This document shows, one piece after another, positions 53,498 through 62,421 of a DNA stretch of 64,000 nt (position 1 is the first letter of the stretch; each line of letters begins with the position of its first letter). The notes beneath the pieces were generated by a model that did no database searches, was not told where the DNA came from, and worked only from the letters and a program-made list of their open reading frames with translations. Location of the stretch: sequence record PV593634.1, one strand, 5' to 3'. The position numbers were made by a program, and so were the translations under genes.

Positions 53498-56400
53498 TTA
53501 TACACTGACCGTAGGTGTTTTCTGGCTGCCTTGAAGCAACTGAGCAATACGGGCAAGCGTCTGGTTAGCTCTCTGCAATTCTCTAACTGCATCCACATCA
53601 GTAGATTGAATGTGTTCTGCTTTACCTTTCTCAGGAACAGCAGCCGGTGCTTGAGGAGCCACAGGTGCTTTCTGAGGAATTGCCGGAGCAGGTGTCGTAG
53701 CCATTGACGGTGTAGAAGCACTGGTTGCGTTGACAGGTCCAGTAGGTGCCGCTGGTTTAGACTCAGGCGTAGACGTATTGACAGGTGCGGTAGGACCGTC
53801 ATTACTAACTGCGTTGACAGGATCAAGAGTAGATGCTGTTGCCTGTGGAGGCGGAGTACCAGCATTAGAAGGAGCCGTAGCTTTCTCTGACTCATTGATC
53901 AACTTGGTAAGATCTGATTCGCTACTTCCTTTAGGAGCAGATGGGCCACCAGGTTGTACTGCCGTCGCGTCAGGTGGAACGTTCTGGTCTGCGGCCGCAG
54001 GTGGTTCAGGTGTAGCCGCTGGGGTAGCAGCCGCTTCTGCCGCAGCAGAGTCCATGCTGATATCGCCGTTACGAAGCTTGTTGAGATACTCCTGATAATA
54101 CTTACGACGTTCATCAGTAGCAGGAACCGCGTTACCGCCGTTAATCCCACGTACCGCTGTTTCAAAGTCACCCGTCTTAGCAATAGACATCATCGCTGGG
54201 GAGTTCTTAAGGAAACGTACAGCTGATTCAGCCATTACGTTTGGATCCTCAGAAACTAACTTAGGATTACTTACAACGTCAATACCGGTTTCTTTCTTGA
54301 AGCGTTCATAGTTAGCTTTACCAGTCAACTGGAAGAAGCCACGTCCACGGTAGTCCCAACCATCTTCAGGCTTGGTGTTACCTAAGCCTTTAGCTTTCGG
54401 GTTTCGACCGTATACCCACATTGCACGTTCAGGTGGAGACATCGCTGCAACCTTCTGAGCCGTAGCTTCATCAGGTATGTTCTTGAAGTACTTCAGAAGG
54501 GTAGGAGCAGACCAACGTGTATCTTCAACGGTGTTCTGATAGTTCCCTGTTTCCTTCTTAGTCATCGCAAGAGCGAGCGCGATAGTTTTGATATCAGTAA
54601 TGCCTGCTTTGAGTAGGTGGTTAAGCATGAGCTTCTCACCTTGCTCAGGAGACATCTTAATACCTTTGTCATCACCTTGCTTTTTCAAGTACTCTGGGTT
54701 GAAGTTAGTATCGGCCTGACCAGTAAACTGACCAGCAGAACCTGCTCCACCGCCAGGTAAAGACATCGTAGCATTTGGATATGCGCCAGCAGGAGAACCT
54801 GAACCGACACCAGCTCCCACACCAACACCTGTAGCAAAGTTACTTGTGTTAGTATTACCAGCAAGCTGTTTGTCCATAGCGACTTTAGTCAACTGTTGCA
54901 TACGCTGAGCGTTAGCGGTTTGACTTTGGTCATCACCTTGTTTACCTCTTGACTTCTCTGCTTCTAACTCTGGATCTTTCAATCTAGCTTCAGACGCTTT
55001 GGAATCAAGGATAGTAATGTACTTGTCAGCACGATCGTTAAATGTACCGGACTTAGAGTTAGGGAACGGACCTGCTTCGATTTCCCAGATAGACTTAACC
55101 TGGTTATCTACAGTCACCATTTGATCTACTAACAGTCTAGCGATATCAAACTTGTTGGTAGCTGATAATGCACGCCATCCTTTCTCAGGAGTAGTTCCAC
55201 GATACTTCTTAACCTGTACACAATAAAGCATGACGGTTGGAAGGAAACGATCTCGGAACCACGTTAACCAGTTCATCTCTTCGTGTGGTTTAGCAATACG
55301 GAACGCTGGACGGAAGATCTCAAGCATTTGGCCTGACTTACCAGTAAAGCGAGCCTGTTCACCGATAACCATGATGTACGACTGGATGTACGTTTCTAAA
55401 CGCAGGACAGCCTCACAACGCCAAGGCATGTTATCAATGTTACCATAGACAGCAAGACGAGTCATCGTAAATGGATCAATCGCATCACCGTTAGAAGGAA
55501 TCATATCGGTAATGTCAATTGTCTTAACTTGTTCTGGTTGCGTGAAACGACGTTCAATGTCTTCACGGCTAGCACGAGCTGCTTCTGCACCCATCTTATC
55601 AGAAGCCATGTTCTCAGCGGTCATACCTAAGGTCTGGGAACTGATCTCTTTCTTAGCTACCTGTTGAGGTGTTTCAGCTTTGAGAGTATCAACAACACCT
55701 TCAGATGGACTTGGGTATTCCTTCCTCAGTTTATCCATCAATGCGTTAACTACTTCTGATGTTTTCATTTCATCCATCAGAGGGATACGCGCATCTATGC
55801 GGGTGTCAACTTTATACGGATAAGGTTGGATAGTACCAATGCCCTGCTGTACACGTTCAAGAGTCTGAACCACGATGTAACCAGAAGCTCTATCAAACTC
55901 TTCGAGGTCACCCATGTTAGCTACGGATACTGTTGCGTTAAAGGTCAGGAAGATTGGTTTGAAACGACCAACGAACCATGCCTTAGCAGATTCAGCATCG
56001 ACAGCAGTACCGCCTGCGGTACGAACGAAGTCAGTAAGGATCTTGTCAAGTGGAACGTTATCTTTGAAGGAAGCACGGTTATTACGAATCTGTACATATG
56101 GATAGAGAACTTGTTCCAACCATCCAACACGACGACCCAGACCAGACTTCTGATCTCTAACACCATACATGGCTAAACGTACAGCACGCTGAGGTGTTTC
56201 GGAAACTTCCTTAAGCTCACCATACCCTTCAGGAGTACGATCGATACCTTGCAGTTTATCCTCGTATTCTTCGACTTCATCACGACGGTAGAAGAACTTA
56301 CCATCAGAAGCCCAGAACATCCCGTAGTTTTCCAGAGTAGAACGTTTGTCACCTGCGACAGCATCACCGGCAGCTTTGGCCAACATACCAGAAGGAAGGT

Positions 56401-59400
56401 ATGAAGTGAGTGCGTCAACAGCAGCATCTCCACCAGTACGATAGTGTCCGGTAACTGGATCGCGTTCACCCATGCTGACGTCGCTAGACTGAGTCAAGCT
56501 TGCATCAGGAGCGTCTTCGTCAAATCCACCCAACAGGTAAGCACCGCCCATAGAAGCAGCCATACCCCAAGGACTACCGACTAACCCACGTCCTAACTTA
56601 CCGACTTTACCCAGACGTCCACCAGTTTTAGGATTAGCTGGTTTCCCACCTTTTGTTCCAGCAGTCTTACCACGACCTTTACGTCCACGCTTAGTAGACT
56701 GTCCACGTTGTTCAGGACCGTCAAGTCCATCAAGCATATCCATACCGGCTTTAGCACCACGTCCCATCATGAATGCTTGTGCAAGTTTAGTGAATCCCAT
56801 CTTGAGTAATCCGAAGATAGGAGAAGCAACACCCAACACACCAGAGAACAACGCTGTACCGATTTTAGCTAAACGTCCTAAAGACGCAGCACCCGAACCA
56901 AGTACCATCTTACCAGCACTAAAGAGAAGTCCACCGATAGCGCCAAGTGGGTTCTTCAGAAGGTTCATCGCAAAACTACCGGCACCCATTGCGAGTCCTT
57001 TGATTTTGTCGAACCATCCTTCTTTCTTCTCACCAGGACCTTCGTCTTTACCACCGTCCATACTCTCAGAGATTTTGATGATAGCTTCGTTTACTTTGTG
57101 CTTTTCATCTTTCTCTTTCTGCTTTTCTTTCCAAGCCAGAGAGTTGAGACGTAAACCAGACTTAACCTTTTCACCAGCGAAAGCATTCTCTCCGTCCAAG
57201 CCTTCTGGAGGAATATCGAACTGTTGGCAGAGTAAGTTATAGATACGGTCTAAACGACGTTCCACACCACCCTTACCAAAAGAGATACCTGAGCTTGCGT
57301 TCTTATTTACATTACCAGCTTGACCAGGTTCTTCACGGTTGTAACCAAACTTTGATAGTAAGGCATTGACTCCAGATTTAGCCAACCCTGCTGCTCCGCC
57401 AACAAAGTTAGCAGCACCAGTGCCCACATTACGTACAGCAGCACCTGTGGAAGTGACCAGACCGGAGTGGTATTCATCTTCGCTAACCAGTTGATTACCT
57501 TGTTCATCATAAACAGCTCCGTTGATTTCGTTCCAACCTTTAATCGGGGTGAAGTTACCAGACTCGTCTCTGACGAAGTAATCACCTGTCTTGAACTTAC
57601 TTGCTCTCAGCACAGGGTTCTTCAAATCAGTTTTCAGATAAACGTCTTGCTGATAAACAAGTTCTTTACCTGCATCGAGTACAGACCTCATACGACCTAA
57701 TGGGTCAGCTAAGTTGTAAGCACTCAGCGCTGCATCACGAACAGCCGTTAAACCTTTCAGTGCAACGGCGCGACCATCTGGCCCAAAGATCTTACCAGCC
57801 AGGTCACGCACACCAATAACAGCTTTAGTCGCAGTATCCATAATAGGACCGCGAATATCTCCCCAGGTCTTGATAACCCGTTTAGAAGCCATATCAATGT
57901 AGTCACCCATATTCAGCTTAGAAGCCTTCAGGATCGGTTCGCCGGTTTCGTCAAGGATATCTTCATCATCACTTGGTTCAGCGCCTTGTGATGCTTCTGA
58001 GCCACCTTTATTACCACGAGCGCGCCACTGCATGTACGCACCACCCATTAAACCTAAGCCAGCTATAGAAGCAGCCATTATTGGGTTAGTAGCGAAACCA
58101 GAAGCAACACCACCTAACAGACCGCCCAAGATAAGAGGGTTGTTCTTCATTAAGAACTCCATCCCTTTACCCATCATGTCAGCAGGAACTAAGCCACGGA
58201 ATTTCTCCATTACGGATTTCTTAGCTTGTTCTTCTTCACGAGCCTGAGATGGAGTAGCTGGCGCACCAGAGACCAACTGTCCTTTCTTAGCGAGTTCAAT
58301 GAACTCAGTAAGTAAAGTAGTCATGTCTGTAGCTTTAGCCAGGATACCTTCGTTGCTGGTTTTGATATCTGTGAAGATACCGGTTGCAGCATCCCAGTTC
58401 ATGTCTGTTGAGGTTTTGTTCTGTGCAGGATGATCTAAGTTGGTCAGACGTTCACTCAGCGTAGTTAAGGTAGAGTTCAGTTCAGCATACGGATCTTGAG
58501 CTGGGGCTCGATCGCCAATGACCGGGGAAGGCATTCCACCTTTGGTTGGAGATGCTGAGGATTTACCTTGTTTAGTAACGCCTTTCAGTATAGGGTTGTC
58601 CGGGTTGTCCATATACTGACCGATACGATCGTGATAAGCTTGGATGTTGATTTTGTCAACACCTCCATCGGTATAGATCACACCGATATCACGAAGCATC
58701 TGTTCGTTACCCGTAGTACGTAACAGGTTAATACGTTCTTGAATGTTTGGAATGTTTTCTTTCAAGTCCTGTGCTTTAGAACTTGCTTCATTCAAACGTT
58801 CACGCCCTTCAACGGTATTCAGTTTACCGAGCATTTTAGCACGAGTGAATCCATCACCCTTGTTGTATGTCTGTACATCGTCATCGGTAATACCAAAGTG
58901 ACGTTTCATCGCTGCATGGATTTCGTCAAGGTCACCTTTACTTACATTAGGAATATCACCCATGTAGTAGAGGGGTTGGAAACCATAACCTTTATCGATG
59001 TCAATGATGATTTGTTTTGCTAATGCTTTACGAGCGGGTTGTCCCATCAGACCTCCTGGGTCGATAGATTCAACCATGTTCATAGCAGCTTTGGTAAAGC
59101 TACGGAACTCAGCGTGAGGCATCAAGTCAGTTGCTACAGAGATACGACGATCGGAGTCAGATTGGAATTCACCACGAGTGTAGTTGTATCCTACTTTCTC
59201 AACGTCGTCTTTACCTGTACGCATTTGGTTCAGGATTTGGTTAGTCTGAGAGATCAACCCTGGTAACACTTCGTTCAACGTGATGTTGTTCATCTCTTTC
59301 CAAATACCTGGCTTGTCCAGATCTTTGGGGTTACGACGAGAGATGGTGTACTGCGTACCGCGAGAGCGAGAGTTCTCACCCATCAAACGGTTCAGTGATT

Positions 59401-60772
59401 GACGACCACGGTTCTCAGCTGCGTTCTTAGCAACCCAGATGGCTTTAGGAATAGGTTTCTTACCAGGAGGAAGTGAGTCGAGATATTCCTCATAGTCGTA
59501 GAACGGTTCTTCGTTAACCATCTGCCAGTTATCGGCCATGTAGTTAGCAATCCCGCCACCAGACATACTGATGTGAGAAACCACGTTACCAACGTCAGCC
59601 AGTTCGTCTACTTTCTGTTTGATGTACTTACCTTGATCTGGATACTTCTTCATCAAGGAGTCGATCATTCTTTTACCAGGACCACGGGTAAAGAAGTAAG
59701 GCATTTCGTCAACAGCAACGCCCGCTACCATTTTACCCAAGATGTTACCAATCAACCCACGGCTGAATGATACATCCCCGCCCATCTCTAAGCCATCTGC
59801 AAGTCCACCGAACAGATCACCGAAAGCACCATAAGCTTCCTTACGGTTACCTTCACCAAAACGTTCTCTGAGTCCTTCCGTTAAACCACCAATACGTTTA
59901 CCAACTGCACCGAAGGCACGAGTACGCAGATACTCTTTGGTAGCCGTGTAGGTCGTTGTCTTTTGGAAGTCAGACATCTTAGTAAAATGAAGGATGGATT
60001 TAAGTTCTTTGATTTCCTGGTGGACACCAGCTTCCATGAACTTGTAAAACTTAGCATCTTGAACATAAGAACGAGCTGTTAAGTTTAACTGAGCTTGATC
60101 CAGCTTAGCTTGTACGTTACGTTGGTAAGACAGAAGGTCACGAATACCTCCTTCTATATTTACCAACTGTCGGTTACCTGCACCGATCTGAGCAATGACT
60201 GCACCACTAGCAGCAGCGGTCATGCTGTTTAAAGATTCACCCAGTGAAGCGAACATGCTCGATTGAGAACTTTCTGCAGTTCCCATAATCTGTTCAACAT
60301 CACTTTCGTCAACACGCCCCATCTTGTCTTTGAATCTTGGGTTAGCGTCAGTGTCCAGTTTCTCCCAATCGGAGAAGTCTTTGGAACTGAAGTTACCCAG
60401 AGAGTTAGACATAAATCCAGGGAGTTTATCCCCCATCTTGGAATTAAGATGAGCGGCAATGGTTTGTAGGGATTTAACCGATTCGCTATTTTCTTCCTTA
60501 AACTCCTGTGCCAGTTTATCCAACCGGTCAGATATAAAGGAAACTTTATCTAGCGCATTCGACCATGTCCCAGGGAGTGTAGTACGGAGTGTACGCATAC
60601 GAGCGTCACCGGTACCTACCGTTTCGTCCACTAACCCGGATAAGAATCCAGTAGTGAAACTACGGACGAAGCCTTTACCTTTGAATGGATCCATATCGAA
60701 ATCCATATCGAAATCGATGTCTCCACCAAAGGGATCGTCTCCCCATTCCATATCAAAATTATCACTTGCCAT
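53498..60772 (-). CDS. 2424-aa tail-associated lysin (phiKZ gp181-like) with a C-terminal GH19 domain
   Basis: KKETG..TVE, DGWDYRGRGFFQLTGKANY and INGG GH19 motifs. Divergent from vRNAP beta', as in phiKZ. Confidence 0.88.
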   Translation of the reverse strand: MASDNFDMEWGDDPFGGDIDFDMDFDMDPFKGKGFVRSFTTGFLSGLVDETVGTGDARMRTLRTTLPGTWSNALDKVSFISDRLDKLAQEFKEENSESVKSLQTIAAHLNSKMGDKLPGFMSNSLGNFSSKDFSDWEKLDTDANPRFKDKMGRVDESDVEQIMGTAESSQSSMFASLGESLNSMTAAASGAVIAQIGAGNRQLVNIEGGIRDLLSYQRNVQAKLDQAQLNLTARSYVQDAKFYKFMEAGVHQEIKELKSILHFTKMSDFQKTTTYTATKEYLRTRAFGAVGKRIGGLTEGLRERFGEGNRKEAYGAFGDLFGGLADGLEMGGDVSFSRGLIGNILGKMVAGVAVDEMPYFFTRGPGKRMIDSLMKKYPDQGKYIKQKVDELADVGNVVSHISMSGGGIANYMADNWQMVNEEPFYDYEEYLDSLPPGKKPIPKAIWVAKNAAENRGRQSLNRLMGENSRSRGTQYTISRRNPKDLDKPGIWKEMNNITLNEVLPGLISQTNQILNQMRTGKDDVEKVGYNYTRGEFQSDSDRRISVATDLMPHAEFRSFTKAAMNMVESIDPGGLMGQPARKALAKQIIIDIDKGYGFQPLYYMGDIPNVSKGDLDEIHAAMKRHFGITDDDVQTYNKGDGFTRAKMLGKLNTVEGRERLNEASSKAQDLKENIPNIQERINLLRTTGNEQMLRDIGVIYTDGGVDKINIQAYHDRIGQYMDNPDNPILKGVTKQGKSSASPTKGGMPSPVIGDRAPAQDPYAELNSTLTTLSERLTNLDHPAQNKTSTDMNWDAATGIFTDIKTSNEGILAKATDMTTLLTEFIELAKKGQLVSGAPATPSQAREEEQAKKSVMEKFRGLVPADMMGKGMEFLMKNNPLILGGLLGGVASGFATNPIMAASIAGLGLMGGAYMQWRARGNKGGSEASQGAEPSDDEDILDETGEPILKASKLNMGDYIDMASKRVIKTWGDIRGPIMDTATKAVIGVRDLAGKIFGPDGRAVALKGLTAVRDAALSAYNLADPLGRMRSVLDAGKELVYQQDVYLKTDLKNPVLRASKFKTGDYFVRDESGNFTPIKGWNEINGAVYDEQGNQLVSEDEYHSGLVTSTGAAVRNVGTGAANFVGGAAGLAKSGVNALLSKFGYNREEPGQAGNVNKNASSGISFGKGGVERRLDRIYNLLCQQFDIPPEGLDGENAFAGEKVKSGLRLNSLAWKEKQKEKDEKHKVNEAIIKISESMDGGKDEGPGEKKEGWFDKIKGLAMGAGSFAMNLLKNPLGAIGGLLFSAGKMVLGSGAASLGRLAKIGTALFSGVLGVASPIFGLLKMGFTKLAQAFMMGRGAKAGMDMLDGLDGPEQRGQSTKRGRKGRGKTAGTKGGKPANPKTGGRLGKVGKLGRGLVGSPWGMAASMGGAYLLGGFDEDAPDASLTQSSDVSMGERDPVTGHYRTGGDAAVDALTSYLPSGMLAKAAGDAVAGDKRSTLENYGMFWASDGKFFYRRDEVEEYEDKLQGIDRTPEGYGELKEVSETPQRAVRLAMYGVRDQKSGLGRRVGWLEQVLYPYVQIRNNRASFKDNVPLDKILTDFVRTAGGTAVDAESAKAWFVGRFKPIFLTFNATVSVANMGDLEEFDRASGYIVVQTLERVQQGIGTIQPYPYKVDTRIDARIPLMDEMKTSEVVNALMDKLRKEYPSPSEGVVDTLKAETPQQVAKKEISSQTLGMTAENMASDKMGAEAARASREDIERRFTQPEQVKTIDITDMIPSNGDAIDPFTMTRLAVYGNIDNMPWRCEAVLRLETYIQSYIMVIGEQARFTGKSGQMLEIFRPAFRIAKPHEEMNWLTWFRDRFLPTVMLYCVQVKKYRGTTPEKGWRALSATNKFDIARLLVDQMVTVDNQVKSIWEIEAGPFPNSKSGTFNDRADKYITILDSKASEARLKDPELEAEKSRGKQGDDQSQTANAQRMQQLTKVAMDKQLAGNTNTSNFATGVGVGAGVGSGSPAGAYPNATMSLPGGGAGSAGQFTGQADTNFNPEYLKKQGDDKGIKMSPEQGEKLMLNHLLKAGITDIKTIALALAMTKKETGNYQNTVEDTRWSAPTLLKYFKNIPDEATAQKVAAMSPPERAMWVYGRNPKAKGLGNTKPEDGWDYRGRGFFQLTGKANYERFKKETGIDVVSNPKLVSEDPNVMAESAVRFLKNSPAMMSIAKTGDFETAVRGINGGNAVPATDERRKYYQEYLNKLRNGDISMDSAAAEAAATPAATPEPPAAADQNVPPDATAVQPGGPSAPKGSSESDLTKLINESEKATAPSNAGTPPPQATASTLDPVNAVSNDGPTAPVNTSTPESKPAAPTGPVNATSASTPSMATTPAPAIPQKAPVAPQAPAAVPEKGKAEHIQSTDVDAVRELQRANQTLARIAQLLQGSQKTPTVSV

Positions 60773-60801
60773 TAATACACCTCGTTTAGGATACCTCAGT
60801 A

Positions 60802-62421
60802 ATGAGCAGAAAACCCACTAACTTTACCTTGCTTGATACTAACAAGGTTCTTTGGGGTACAATGCGACCGGTTACGGTCGCTGACACCTTTGAAGGCCAA
60901 ACTAGTAACTTGAACGATGACGGTCTTTACTCCACAGAAATCTTTGGCCGAGTAGGCACAGATGAACGTGACAAGTCGTTATCATACATTGATGTTACCC
61001 TCCCAATATTCAACCCCACGTATTTTAAAGCTCTGGTACAATTAAAGGCTTTATACGGTGAGATCATTAAAGGTCGAGCATATGCCGTTTGGGATGAAGC
61101 TGAGAAGGACTTCATAAAATCCAACATTTTAGAAGGCGACACTGGTTACGCTTTCTTTATGTCTCACTTCCATGAACTCGATCCAAAACAGAACGAGTCG
61201 TTCAAACGTAAACAGAAGATCGACCTTGTAGAACAATTTAAAGACAGAGCCCTGTCTAGCAAGGTGATTGTAATCCCTGCCGGTGTTCGTGATGTCGAGA
61301 TTCGTGACGGTGTTGTTTCCGAAAACGAGATTAACGATCTTTATCGTAAACTTATCTTCCGAAGCAAATCACTGAACGTTCGTAACATCGATTCTACCGA
61401 TCCAGTCTATGACAACATTCGCTGGGGTTTACAAGAATCATTCAACAACATCGCTGACTTCTTGTTTAACATGCAAGAAGGTAAACGCGGCTTTATGCAG
61501 CGTCGTATGTCTCGTCGTAGTATCTTTGGTGCAACCCGTAATGTTATTACCTCTCGTAAGGTTTCTGTCGAGAACTGTGATGATAACGTAACTGGGGATC
61601 CGAACTCTACGATCATTGGTCTGTATCAGGCTCTGCTTGGTTTCAACCTTATTGCCATCCATGATCTGATTAACGGCTTCTTAAGTGAAGTGTTTACTCC
61701 GGGTATGGGTGTTGCACGTCTGGTCGATCCAAAGACGCTGAATGCGACCTATGTAGATGTCGACAGTTTGGTTGTTGATAAGTTTACTTCCTCTGATGGT
61801 TTAACGTCACTGTTTAATGGATATGGTTCTCCTAACCTCCGTAACCGTGATATAAAGGTAGCGGGTCATTACCTCGGATTAGTTTATGACGATGGTAAGA
61901 ATGTCATGTTAATTCATGATATCGATGACTTACCACCTCAGTTTGATAAGAAGTTGGTACGTCCAGTTACCTATACTCAGTTCTTCTATATGCAATGTGT
62001 GAAAACCATTGAGAAGAAAATGATGCAGGTTACACGTTATCCAATTACAGGTATCGGTTCTATTTACCCAAGCCGTGTATTTGTAATGCCGACTAACTCA
62101 ACATCTAGCCAGCGTACTTTGCTTGACCTAGATGGCGAGACAGTTATTACAACGTATAACTACTTCCCTATGTGGACGAAGAACCCAAGCTATTTTGACG
62201 GTATGTCTATTGCGAACATTCGCTTAGGCTTAGCCGGTGGTGACTTCGATGGTGACGCCTTGTCAGCTAACTCCATTATGGCGGAAGACTCAATCGCTGA
62301 GATTGAAGCGTTGTTTGGTAAACGTGACTTCTATATATCTGGCTCTGGTGATTTCCTGTATGACCCAGTTCAAGAACCTCATGAATTCCTTTTACGCTCA
62401 CTCACCAATGGATTATCATAA
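60802..62421 (+). CDS. Virion RNA polymerase beta' subunit with the catalytic motif (gp180-like)
   Basis: DDGLYSTEIFG, VIPAGVRD, and catalytic LAGGDFDGD. Confidence 0.93.
   Translation: MSRKPTNFTLLDTNKVLWGTMRPVTVADTFEGQTSNLNDDGLYSTEIFGRVGTDERDKSLSYIDVTLPIFNPTYFKALVQLKALYGEIIKGRAYAVWDEAEKDFIKSNILEGDTGYAFFMSHFHELDPKQNESFKRKQKIDLVEQFKDRALSSKVIVIPAGVRDVEIRDGVVSENEINDLYRKLIFRSKSLNVRNIDSTDPVYDNIRWGLQESFNNIADFLFNMQEGKRGFMQRRMSRRSIFGATRNVITSRKVSVENCDDNVTGDPNSTIIGLYQALLGFNLIAIHDLINGFLSEVFTPGMGVARLVDPKTLNATYVDVDSLVVDKFTSSDGLTSLFNGYGSPNLRNRDIKVAGHYLGLVYDDGKNVMLIHDIDDLPPQFDKKLVRPVTYTQFFYMQCVKTIEKKMMQVTRYPITGIGSIYPSRVFVMPTNSTSSQRTLLDLDGETVITTYNYFPMWTKNPSYFDGMSIANIRLGLAGGDFDGDALSANSIMAEDSIAEIEALFGKRDFYISGSGDFLYDPVQEPHEFLLRSLTNGLS

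Noticed and set aside
60695-60760. Short DNA repeats (ATCCATATCGAA) at the start of the gp181-like gene
   Set aside because: They are explained by the coding repeat DFDMDFDMD.
15038-62421. Introns or inteins in nrdB, thyA, helicase, uvsX or RNAP genes
   Set aside because: The ORFs are continuous, with no homing endonuclease or intein splice motifs seen.
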